From positions 1 through 64,000 of the forward strand of contig NIVC01003899.1 in NCBI GenBank assembly GCA_002269645.1: a stretch of 64,000 bases of DNA, in the 5' to 3' direction. The first letter of the stretch is position 1, and the number at the start of each line of letters is the position of its first letter. This DNA comes from Macrostomum lignano. Taxonomy: Eukaryota. This document shows positions 51,271 through 63,245 of this stretch, one piece after another. The notes under the pieces were generated by a model. The model did not search any database and was not told where the DNA came from. It saw only the letters and a list, made by a program, of their open reading frames with translations. The translations under genes were made by a program, and so were the position numbers.

Positions 51271-52924
51271 GTTGCGCTCCAATTTCTGAAGCTGATGAGA
51301 AGGACGAACAGGTGGAATAGTTGATCGCGCATCATTTTTGTTGCCTTGACAACTCCACACTCATGCCTAATGCATTTGCGTTAACATTTATAGCTCAAAC
51401 GCGTGGGATAGAATCTTGTCTGAGAGCTTTGTTTTTGTGACATTTGCCATAGAGATAGCTACATATTCTTTGACCGGGCCACTCAATCAGTCATAAGATT
51501 ATAACCATGGATGAAGGAATACACTGGATTGCTCATCTGAAATAGTCTATGGTCGAGTTCTTTCCTCCAAACTTGGAATTTACCCCCCTAGGAATCTATT
51601 GGCTGATGAAAGTTAAAAATAATCCCCTGTAGGACGTGATTGGCTGCTGAATCAGTCTATCAAATACATCTTTGGATTTCCCTCAAATTTTCAGCAGCTA
51701 GACATGCTTGTAGGTAGAAAAGCCTAAATAAAGCATCACGCTGTTGCCTGCGGACGTCTCACCAGCCCTGATCATTAATCACAAAGAGACTGGAATGGGC
51801 GACCGGTCTGAGCCTTAACTGGTTTTGTTTTTTATTTAGCAGCGAGGGTTGAAATTACGTCTCCTATTGCTGTCTGGGATAATCCTCTTGGGGCAAGGAT
51901 TTTCCTCTTTAACACTAAGGTTGAAGTGATAACGAATGTTACCGATTTCAAACGACCACTGTATCGTTATCGGAGCAGTACATAATTATTAAGATGCCGA
52001 TTATTAATACAGCTAGCTCTAGGTGCATAAAATTCCAAAATTATGAATTCTTGATTATGGTCGCTGCCACCAGTCCAATGTTCCTACTATTAAGATGTAA
52101 ATATAGAGTTAACAGGTAACACAGAGACACAGAGACAGAGACATACTGCTACAATATTCTACGAAAACACTCAAAGTCAAACTCACACCCCGATCTTCGA
52201 ATTCCCCCTGACTGATTCAGCAGCCAGTCAAGTCCTACAGGGAATTATTTTTAACTTTCATCAGCCAATAGCAACTCAAACACACACTCACACAGGGTCT
52301 TCGAATTCGAATTGATTTCGACAAGAAGCTCTAGTCAAACTTTGCACACTTCGTGACTTTGTTAAACAGAAAGGTTTCATCTTTTATTGCATTTCTTGGA
52401 AAAAAGCATGACTAAAAATCGCACGAACAGCCACTGAAGTTATAAATTAAAATAGTCGATAATAGTACCGTGACTATGGCTTCAGAGCTATTATTATGGT
52501 AGATTAAATTAACTGATTGCACAACACAAATTTAGTAACCTAATATGGATTTAAAAGTACCAAAGCATTCTGCGCCTTGGAAATGCCTTTGCGCGAAAAG
52601 TGCAATAGTACGAAGTAATTAGAATAATAAATTGAAATTCGCTTTGGGAACTGTGCGAGCATACGCTACAGAGGCACAAAGTACAGGGACAATGAGCGTG
52701 GATCCAAGGCAGGGAAAGTTTTTAACCGCGCAATATTTGAACCCGTCGAAAAAAATCCTAAATTCAGAGACAAAACGCCTGAAAGAATAGCAAGGACAAA
52801 GACCCCTGGGACCCAATTGGTTATTTTTCTTAACTCTGTGGCATTCAAAGCTCATTTTGGCTACTTGATGCTTCGGTTTGTTCCACAAGGTGAGACTGTG
52901 TCTGGTTCCGAATTTAGACAATTA

Positions 52925-53470
52925 TTGATTTTTGTCTATGGTTCCAGAGTTAGACAATGGTAGATTGTGTCTATGGTTCCAGAGTTAGACAATGGTATAG
53001 ATTGTGTCTATGGTTCCGGAGTTAGACAATGGTAGATTGTGTCTATGGTTCCGGAGTTAGACAATGGTAGATTGTGTCTATGGTTCCGGAGTTGATGTTA
53101 GATTGTGTCTATGGTTCCGGAGTTAGACAATGGTAGATTGTGTCTATGGTTCCGGAGTTAGACAATGGTATAGATTGTGTCTATGGTTCCGGAGTTAGAC
53201 AATGGTAGATTGTGTCTATGGTTCCAGAGTTAGACAATGGTATAGATTGTGTCTATGGTTCCGGAGTTAGACAATGGTAGATTGTGTCTATGGTTCCGGA
53301 GTTAGACAATGGTAGATTGTGTCTATGGTTCCGGAGTTGATGTTAGATTGTGTCTATGGTTCCGGAGTTAGACAATGGTAGATTGTGTCTATGGTTCCGG
53401 AGTTAGACAATGGTAGATTGTGTCTATGGTTTCGGAGTTGATGTTAGATTGTGTCTATGGTTCCGGAGTT
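52925..53470. repeat. 35-bp minisatellite, copy 2
   Basis: Same unit as 40735-41560. Confidence 0.9.
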
Positions 53471-53732
53471 ACATGGTATTCAGTAGATAGTGTCCATTGT
53501 TCTGGAATCATACTGTACGATACGACACGGATATGCTTTACTGATTCCATGTACGCTCGTACTTTACCGAGGCTATTAAAAGTTTTAGGCTGTTGTGCCT
53601 GCGCAGCTTCGGATCGCTTTGATCATCGCTTGTTTCTAAGAACCAAGAGAAGCAATCTGTCGCAGACTACTTAAATTTTTTTGCATTAACGGTGCATGGG
53701 ACAGACGTGCAGAGCACATATTTACGAGCTAC

Positions 53733-56700
53733 TCAGAGCAGCCAGCGAAAGTCCCGTTGAACCCAAAGCACATTATCTGGCCAGGTTAGGGTCCACCCCT
53801 GATTCAATTGTGTTTTCCCGTCTACAGAGTGGGCCGTGTAGCCGTGCGAGTTGAAGAAAGCCAGGACATCGGCGGAGTCCGTGCCCGTGAGGTGCCTGCT
53901 GAGCCACTCCATCTGGACGGCCGCCACTTTCCTGTCTTTGAAGAGGCGGCCGGCCGTGCGCAGGAAGTCGGCCTCGCCGCCTTCGGCGTCCAGCTTCAGC
54001 AGCACCATCCGCGTGGGCACCAGCTGGACGAGCTGGTCGGCGGCCAGCGGCATCACCTCCACGGGGTCGGGCACCGAGCGGGCGAACTTGGTGGCGCCGC
54101 CGATGTTGCAATCAGTTGGATAGTTCAGCCTGGCCAAGCGGCTCCTGTCGGAACTGATGAAGCTCCACAGGAGGCTGACGGAGCCGTACGGAGCGGCAGA
54201 GCTGCTGGCTGATGGTGACTCGGACGGGTTCGCCGACGTAGCTTCGCGCAGGGCCATGCGAACTCGCATCAGATTGCGGGCGTTGGCGTCCACGGCGATC
54301 ACCTGTGGAGGAGGTTGAAGATCAAGCTCAAGTTCAGGTATATTTACCAGTATTTCTAAATGCCAAGTTTTTTTTTACATTCTTCTTCTTCTTTACAGTA
54401 GCTGTCATGGCCGTGGGCGCGCCCATTCATGCACCAGCTTCCTCCACCACTGCCTGTCCTTTGCTGCTCTTCTTAGCCTCTCCATTTGTCCATCCGGTCC
54501 ATTCTTTCAGGTCATCCTCCCACTGCCTTTTTGGTCTTTCTCTTCTTTTTTTCACCCTCCATTTCTCTTTGAATACAGACATCTGCCATGGCTCCCTTTC
54601 TTGTCTGATGTCCGTAATATCTGAGCTTTCTCCGCTTGATGATCGCCTCCAAAGATCCTGGTTCCTTTCCCAATACCTCCGTAACCTTTCTCTAAACCCA
54701 GGCATTTGTCTTTTTCTCTTTCCGTGAAACACTTCTTCTGTAAGATTTCATTTCAAACGGTTTGAATGTCTCCATAATTTTCTTCCCCAGAGTCCAGCTC
54801 TTGCACCCATGTGACCGCCTTTGTAATCTTGAGGCGATTCTTCAAATTGACTCCTTTGAGCCGCCAAAGTTCCTCAAGCCTTATCATTTCTACATTACTG
54901 TAAGTAGAAATGCTCGACTATTTACCGGGAAACCCAGCGCCGCCGCCTGCAGCGTGTAGGTGCCAATGTTGCAGCCGATATCGATCAGCGTAGCGTTGCC
55001 AACGCCAAGGCGCAGCAGGCGGTCTAGCAGCGGCGCAACCAGCGACTCCTCCCAGGCGTGATCAGCGACCAGCTTCTCGGTGATGAAGTCGCCTCCCGTG
55101 TGGCCCCAGATGGGAACTCGGCGCGGCGCTGGCGAGCCTGCCGCTGGTGATGCAATTCGCAGCCAGGTTCGGACGCTGCTTTTGCGAAGTCGGCGCTGCA
55201 GCCAGGCGGGCGGGTCGGACAGGCGGCACAGCGGGAAGCCGCCGCCCGGCAGGTGTTTGTACAGCCGGACACCGTCCAGACAGACGGCCGAGTGGTTGTC
55301 CTGGAAAGCCACATTTTCAAAGTTCATTAGTCACGTGATGATCTAGCCACACGTGTTAGTTGCGCCAGCCCTGCTTGTTCCCTCGGTTAGTAGAGGGAGT
55401 TTGATATTTCTCAGCGCAATCTGATAGCACTACTTGCATGCGATGGACAGTAGTATCTAACCTTTCTTGCTAGTATCTCATTAAATATAAAATCTTCTAA
55501 ATCAAGATTTTCTGGATTTATGATTTTTATTCGTAGTAATATCTAAGTAATCTACTGCGTTACACGAGATCCAATCATACTCGATCCATTTCTAATCTAC
55601 CTCTATCCGTATATAATATACCTCAATTCAAATCTAATCTACCTCAATTCATATCTAATCTAACTCAATCCATATCCAAGCTACCTTAATCCATATCGAA
55701 TTTATCTCAATTCATATCTAATCTAACTCAATCCATATCCAAGCTACCTCAATCTATATCCGATCTACCTTAATCCATATCGAGTTTAGCTCGTATCTTA
55801 ATTCATATTTAATCTACCTCAATCCATATCTAATCTATCTCAATCCATAACTAATATACCTCAATCCATATCTAATCTACGTCGATACATAAATAATCTA
55901 ACTCAATCCATATCTAATCTACTTCAATCCATATCTAATCTAACTCAATCCGTATCTAATCTACCTCAATCCATATCTAATCTAACTCAATCCGTATCTA
56001 ACCTTAACCTGCATTTCAATCCGTATCTATTACTAATACCACCTATTAACCATTGCTAGTATCCGTTGTTTTTTGTAAAGATTAATAGAAACGTTTAAAC
56101 AAAAAAAAACAATTACTATAGTATTTGTCATGCTATCTCAGCCTAGAGACATCCAAACTCAGCCAGCCCATCTCGACAGTGCGATTTTTTACGTAAGCCA
56201 GTCAAGTTTTACCATAGACATGCTTCTTAAGGCCATGCTATCTCAGCCTGGGACATGCAATCTCAGCGTTGTTGCGTACCCTTACTGACTTTTCTTGCTG
56301 CGTTCATTCATTGCTGTTTGTTGCCATTTCATGTCACGTTATAGAAATGATAGCATTGAGATCTGTTTGCAATTGAAATCTATATTGGCTGAGATTGCAT
56401 GTCCCAGGCCGAGTTAGCATGGCCTTAAGAAGCATGTCTATGGTAAAAGTCGACTAGCTCGAGCCAAAAAAACGCATTGCGGAATGGGACTGGCTGAGTT
56501 TGGATGTCTCTAGGCTGAGATAGCATGACAAATACTATACTGAAACCATGCTTTCTAGCCTAGACATCTATATATGCAGATATCGCGAAGAACGAGCACC
56601 CCCAGCGAGCCTTGGCATCTCAGCAACTCCCCCATGACCCTTTGGCATCTCAATAACTACCCCGCCATTTATCCTTTGTCATTTATTTGTCATTTTTCCT

Positions 56701-58055
56701 TAGGGCCCTATTGCATACTCAAAGAGCCCTTGGAAATCAAAGGCAATCGATTATCCAGCAATAAACAACAGCTTGAATGCTTCCACAGAGATTAGGCAGT
56801 CATGCACAGATTTTAGCGCAGATTCCCTGTGTTAAGCAAAGCCACCCCAAGGCAGGTGTAGGCAGCAGGCAGGACTCTGCTGGCGGTCATTTGCAACAGG
56901 AAAGAGCAAAGGAGGGCAGGAACACAGCCCTGTGCCGGTCGGTTTGTTTAGCAACACAAGCGCAGGGCAGCACAGAATGAGTCGAGCCTTGTTTAATTTG
57001 TGAGGCATTTGACTGTTTTCAGATACTGCATGCTGAAACCATGCTTGACTAGCTGTGTTTTGCAGACTTCACAGCTACAGTATAATAGGTAAAAAAGGGT
57101 TAACAGTTTAGCCTGTAAATCCTGTAACTTCACAGTTTTAACATACATCAAGACGCAGCACGAGTACTGCTGACGCAAAAATCATATCATGCAACCCAGG
57201 GTTGGGAATTTTGGACGAAGAGTTCTTCCGAATTCTTACCGAAACCCAGTAGATCCAATAGTAGATCTACAGAATCCCAGTAGATCCAATAGTAGATCTA
57301 CCGAATCCTAGTAGATCCAATAGTAGATCTACCGAATCCCAGTAGATCTAATAGGTAGGTCTACCGAATCCCAGTAGATCCAATAGGTAGGTCTACCGAG
57401 TCCCAGTAGATCTAATAGGTAAGTCTACCGAATCCCAGTAGATCCGATAGTAGATCTACCGAATCCCAGTAGATCCAATAAGTAGGTCTACCGAATCCCA
57501 GTAGATCCGATAGTAGATCTACAGAATTCCAGTAAATCCGATAGTAGATCTACAGAATTCTAGTAGATCCAATTAGTAGGTCTACATAATCCCAGTAGAT
57601 CCGATACCATGTCTACCGAATGCCACTAGATCCGATAATAGGTCTACCGAATACCAGTAGATCTAATATAGTAGATCTACAAAATTCCAGTAGATCCGAT
57701 AGTAGATCTACAGAATCCCAGTAGATCCGATAGTAGGTCTACCGAATCCCACTATATCCGATAATAGGTCTACAGAATCCTAGTAGATCCAATAGTAGAT
57801 CTACAGAATCCCAGTTAGATCCGATCAAGGATATAAACTAGGACGTCAAGGACGGGATCCGATCCCGTGCAGCGCACAAGAACTCACCTGTTCAACCCAC
57901 ATGGCCAGGTCGCCCAGACTCCGCAGACATTCGCCCCGACCAGACAAGCCAGTTGCAGTGAAGTTTCGCATCGCGGCCCAGTGCACGATGGCAACCGTCA
58001 GTGCAACCGCTATGGAGAACACCAGCAGCTTCTTCCAACGCATATTGCTCAACAT
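53733..58055 (-). CDS. FkbM-family methyltransferase with N-terminal membrane anchor, copy 2; exons 58055-57888, 55300-54926, 54302-53733; 370 aa
   Basis: Same exon sizes (168/375/570 nt) and splice sites as copy 1, intact frame, 4 amino-acid differences seen. Confidence 0.87.
54375..54895 (-). mobile_element. RTE-type LINE 3' fragment (copy 2)
   Basis: Paralogous to 42462-42975. Confidence 0.75.
56119..56537. mobile_element. 419-bp foldback MITE with TA TSD, present only in copy 2
   Basis: TIR TAGTATTTGTCATGCTATCTCAGCCTAGAGACATCCAAACTCAGCCAG has its reverse complement at the right end. TA lies at 56117-56118 and 56538-56539. The empty site AATTAC-TA-CTGAAAC is at ~44216-44230. Confidence 0.93.
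57240..57830. repeat. ~31-bp minisatellite, copy 2
   Basis: Same unit as 44950-45660. Confidence 0.88.
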
Positions 58056-59094
58056 GAGTGGAAAAATATTCGATCAGCTGTAGGGCAGCTTAGGTTATAC
58101 TTATCTCTCAGCTTGATTGAAAGCTGGGCAGAGTGACAGACAGAGTCGATAAGGCCGAAAGCATTGGCAGAGTAACTTTTTGTGCGCTCTGGATGATGCT
58201 CGGTGAAAGCACGCGGAGCTCCTATTGGCCAGAATGTCACAAACCCATTTGCCGTGTTTGCCTGCCTGTCTCCAAAAGTAGGGGGGGGAGGTTTGCAAAG
58301 GCTTGTTTGCTTTGCTGTGAGTGTAGAGCCATGGGGCGGATTTCTATAGCAATATGGAGACCAAAGGGCAAGTTGTTTGTTTTACATGGATTCACATTTC
58401 CGCTATGGAATTGCTTCAGTCGGCATGTGGCAACCAGCTTGAATGAGACTTAGGTTCTGTGAAGCTTAGGTTTGTGAATCTTAGGATTTGTGAAGCTTAG
58501 GGTTTGTGAAGCTTGGGATTTGTGAAGCTTGGGGTTTGTGAAGCTTAGGATTTGTGAAGCTTAGGGTTTGTGAGGTTTGTGAGGCCATGCCAAATAGATT
58601 TCTAGCATCGGGAAATTTGGAGTTAACGATAAAGATTCGAGCTCTAGTTTCGGGATCCCATTATCCAGTATGCAACTGAAAACTACCCCCCCCCACACAC
58701 ACAACACATTTATAATAGTGGCAATGCAGTATACTCATTAGTCATTGTTATACCTTGATGCGCTTCTTTAATCCTCAAATACTTAACTCAAATTCCGTTA
58801 TCGATTTTTCAGCTATTGATCCTGGGGGGGGGTAAGAAGTGCTGGTGCGATAGTTAGTTCCCACGGTAAATTGTATTAGTGCAATATGCCAATTTTCGGT
58901 GCTTGCCAATGACTTGAGAGCATTGGGTTGGAGACTGATTTATGGCTGGAAGGGCCCGGGCTCGCATTGGAAATGCAGAGATTTACTGTGCGGCCCCATG
59001 ACTGACCGATCGAAGCCATGCAGATCCGGTTGAATAAACACAGGCCAAGAACAGGGAGCAAATTTTATGACTGTTTGTGCCTTCCACGGGAGTC

Positions 59095-59710
59095 AGGTAT
59101 TCACGTATTCACGTATTCACGTATTCACGTATTCAGGTATTCGCGTATTCAGGTATTCACGTATTCAGGTATTCGCGTATTCACGTATTTAGGTATTCAC
59201 GTATTCAGGTATTCACGTATTCAGGTATTCAGGTATTCAAGTATTCAGGTACATGTATTCAGTATTCAGGTATTCACGTATTCAGGTATTCACATATTCA
59301 GGTATTCAGGTATTCAAGTATTCAGGTATTTAGGCCTTCGGGTATTCAGGTATTCAAGTATTCAGGTACATGTATTCACGTATTCAAGTATTCAGGTATT
59401 CAGGTATTCAGGTATTCACGTATTCACGTATTCACGTATTCAAGTATTCAGGCCTTCGGGTATTCAGGTATTCACGTATTCAGTTATTCAGGTATTCAGG
59501 CCTTCGGGTATTCAGTTATTCAGGTATTCAGGCCTTCGGGTATTCAGGTATTCACGTATTCAGGTATTCAGGTATTCAGGCCTTCGGGTATTCAGGTATT
59601 CACGTATTCAGGTATTCAGGTATTCAGGCCTTCGGGTATTCAGATATTTAAGTATTCGGTTATTCAGGCATTCAGGAATTCAGTATTCTGCGTTCAGGTA
59701 TTCAGGAATA
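59095..59710. repeat. 8-bp GTATTCAG/GTATTCAC array, copy 2
   Basis: Paralogue of 48230-48590, carrying a CAC variant absent from copy 1. Confidence 0.9.
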
Positions 59711-59914
59711 ATGGGCAAATTGCTTTCTACTTCCTTTAATTAATTTATGCTGACTTAAGACATTGATTAACGCAGATATTAGATAAAAAGACAATAAATC
59801 AGAATGAACATTTTAGCGCTGTCAGCTAAAATGCGCAAGCATTGAGGCGCAGATATTGAAATAGCGCAGTGCGCTAAAAGAGCGCAGCAAAGGTCACACT
59901 GCCGCTGCACTCTA

Positions 59915-62330
59915 ACGTTTTGAATTAGGCATTTACACCTGCACTCTAATGTTCTGAATTAGGCATTGACATATGGCCAAGCATTCTTAAATGGAATTTA
60001 CAGCACGGCTTGGGATTTACTACACAGTATTAGCATTCTATGGCTAAAACCAGAAGAATGCTTTGCCCATAAATCAATGAATCTATCACTGTTCCTTCAG
60101 TGCGCGTTAGCGCACTCGTGCCATAGACTATTTACGCACTCGAAACCTAGAGATAAATCTACCATTTACACCTGCACTCCAATGTTCTGAATTAGGCATT
60201 TTCACTTGCACCAATGTTCTGAATTAGGCATTTTCACTTGCACCAATGTTCTGAATTAGGCATTTACACTTGCACCAATGTTCTGAATTAGGCATTTTCA
60301 CTTGCACCAATGTTCTGAATTAGGCATTTACACTTGCACCAATGTTCTGAATTAGGCATTTACACCTGCACCAATGTTCTGAATTAGGCATTTTTACACC
60401 TGCACTCCAATGTTCTGAATTAGGCATTTTCACTTGCACCAATGTTCTGAATTAGGCATTTACACCTGCACTCCAATGTTCTGAATTAGGCATTTTCACT
60501 TGCACCAATGTTCTGAATTAGGCATTTACACTTGCACCAATGTTCTGAATTAGGCATTTACACCTGCACCAATGTTCTGAATTAGGCATTTTTACACCTG
60601 CACTCCAATGTTCTGAATTAGGCATTTTCACTTGCACCAATGTTCTGAATTAGGCATTTACACCTGCACTCCAATGTTCTGAATTAGGCATTTTCACTTG
60701 CACCAATGTTCTGAATTAGGCATTTACACTTGCACCAATGTTCTGAATTAGGCATTTTCACTTGCACCAATGTTCTGAATTAGGCATTTACACTTGCACC
60801 AATGTTCTGAATTAGGCATTTACACCTGCACCAATGTTCTGAATTAGGCATTTTTACACCTGCACTCCAATGTTCTGAATTAGGCATTTTCACTTGCACC
60901 AATGTTCTGAATTAGGCATTTTCACTTGCACCAATGTTCTGAATTAGGCATTTTCACTTGCACCAATGTTCTGAATTAGGCATTTACACTTGCACCAATG
61001 TTCTGAATTAGGCATTTTCACTTGCACCAATGTTCTGAATTAGGCATTTACACTTGCACCAATGTTCTGAATTAGGCATTTACACCTGCACCAATGTTCT
61101 GAATTAGGCATTTTTACACCTGCACTCCAATGTTCTGAATTAGGCATTTTCACTTGCACCAATGTTCTGAATTAGGCATTTACACCTGCACTCCAATGTT
61201 CTGAATTAGGCATTTTCACTTGCACCAATGTTCTGAATTAGGCATTTACACCTGCACCAATGTTCTGAATTAGGCATTTACACCTGCACTCTAACGTTCT
61301 GAATTAGGCATTTACACCTGCACTCTAATGTTCTGAATTAGGCATTTACACCTGCACTCTAATGTTCTGAATTAGGCATTTACACCTGCACTCTAACGTT
61401 TTGAATTAGGCATTTACACTTGCACCAATGTTCTGAATTAGGCATTTACACCTGCACCAATGTTCTGAATTAGGCATTGTTACACCTGCACCAATGTTCT
61501 GAATTAGGCATTGTTACACCTGCACCAATGTTCTGAATTAGGCATTTACACCTGCACTCTAATGTTCTGAATTAGGCATTTACACCTGCACCAATGTTCT
61601 GAATTAGGCATTTACACCTGCACTCTAATGTTCTGAATTAGGCATTTACACCTGCACTCTAATGTTCTGAATTAGGCATTTACACCTGCACTCTAACGTT
61701 TTGAATTAGGCATTTACACTTGCACCAATGTTCTGAATTAGGCATTTACACCTGCACCAATGTTCTGAATTAGGCATTGTTACACCTGCACCAATGTTCT
61801 GAATTAGGCATTTACACCTGCACCAATGTTCTGAATTAGGCATTTTTAGACCTGCACTCCAATGTTCTGAATTAGGCATTGTTACACCTGCACTCCAATG
61901 TTCTGAATTAGGCATTTACACCTGCACCAATGTTCTGAATTAGGCATTTACACCTGCACCAATGTTCTGAATTAGGCATTGTTACACCTGCACCAATGTT
62001 CTGAATTAGGCATTTACACCTGCACTCTAATGTTCTGAATTAGGCATTGTTACACCTGCACTCTAATGTTCTGAATTAGGCATTTACACCTGCACTCCAA
62101 TGTTCTGAATTAGGCATTGTTACACCTGCACCAATGTTCTGAATTAGGCATTTACACCTGCACTCTAACGTTCTGAATTAGGCATTGTTACACCTGCACC
62201 AATGTTCTGAATTAGGCATTTACACCTGCACCAATGTTCTGAATTAGGCATTTACACCTGCACCAATGTTCTGAATTAGGCATTTACACTTGCACCAATG
62301 TTCTGAATTAGGCATTTACATCTGCACTGT
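59915..62330. repeat. 32-34-bp minisatellite, copy 2 (with a ~195-bp foreign insert)
   Basis: Same unit as 48790-51270, with CTCCAATG and TTGTTACACC variants. Confidence 0.95.
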
Positions 62331-62996
62331 TGCGCTCCGATTTCTGAATCATGTCGACAATCGATTGATCGCTAATGGTAGCTTGCGTTTTTTCAGCCAA
62401 ACTTTCTACGAAAGACTGCAGGCAAATAGATTGCAGGCGGATGATACTTCACATTACGAGCTAATTACATAGTCTACTAATGTCACGAAACTCTGATTCG
62501 GTTTCGCATTACTCGTAGTTGGTTTATTTATAAAGATCGAATACTTAAGTCTTCAGAATACGATGAGAAAAGTGGCTATGGCAATTTTTGTAAAAAAAGT
62601 TTTCTATAATGTCCCCTGAAGTTCCAATCCATTTGTATTGACAATTTACAATTAAAGCATGCCTGTGAACAGGACGGTGATGTTGACAGGTTACATATAC
62701 GCTCGTAGTTTTGGAAAAGTTGGCACTAATTTCAAAAGCAGAGGCGGCCTACGAAACGGGGATTTTCAACCATTCGCCACCCTCAAAATACGATTATACG
62801 AGTCAGTTGGCGCGTTTACAGGACACGCGTGATATGCTACTAACAGTAGAGCACGTGTAAATGTGGCATTAATTTAACTCGCTCCTAAATGGTCTATCAA
62901 GAATCGAGTAATGTTGCAAAGGAAAAACTAAAACTTCATATTTCTGTTTTCCCTGATGACAACTAAATGTATTTAATCGCTACTATCTGAACTCAA

Positions 62997-63245
62997 CGGG
63001 GTTGTAGCCTAGTAAATAAGGTCGTGGGTTCGATTCTCGACCCACTCGGAACAATTTGTCCTTGGGCAAGACATTTAAACTCGGCATTGCTTCAGTTCAC
63101 CCAGCTGTAAAATGGGTGCCAGCATTAGCTGGGGTAATTGAGCGTGTGTGGCGACCCCCCAGCCCTTGCCGCCGAGCTGTCGGCTGCACATCTGCTTATT
63201 GGAGCAGGTGTGATCAATTATTATTAGTGTTGTTGTTGTTGTTGT
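62997..63245 (+). mobile_element. tRNA-derived SINE with a 9-bp TSD
   Basis: TGTAGCCTAGT box A-like, GGTTCGATTCT box B, conserved central block, (TTA)(TTG)n tail; TGAACTCAA at 62988-62996 and 63246-63254. Confidence 0.88.

Larger units (their letters stand above)
39460..51290. repeat. Tandem segmental duplication, copy 1 (~11.8 kb)
   Basis: GCTGATGAGAAGGACGAACAG at 39460 recurs at 51291, and the unit end TTTCTGAA at 51283-51290 recurs at 62341-62348. Genes and arrays are in the same order in both copies. Confidence 0.93.
51291..62348. repeat. Tandem segmental duplication, copy 2 (~11.1 kb)
   Basis: Colinear with 39460-51290; coding exons are ~99% identical by eye. Confidence 0.93.
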
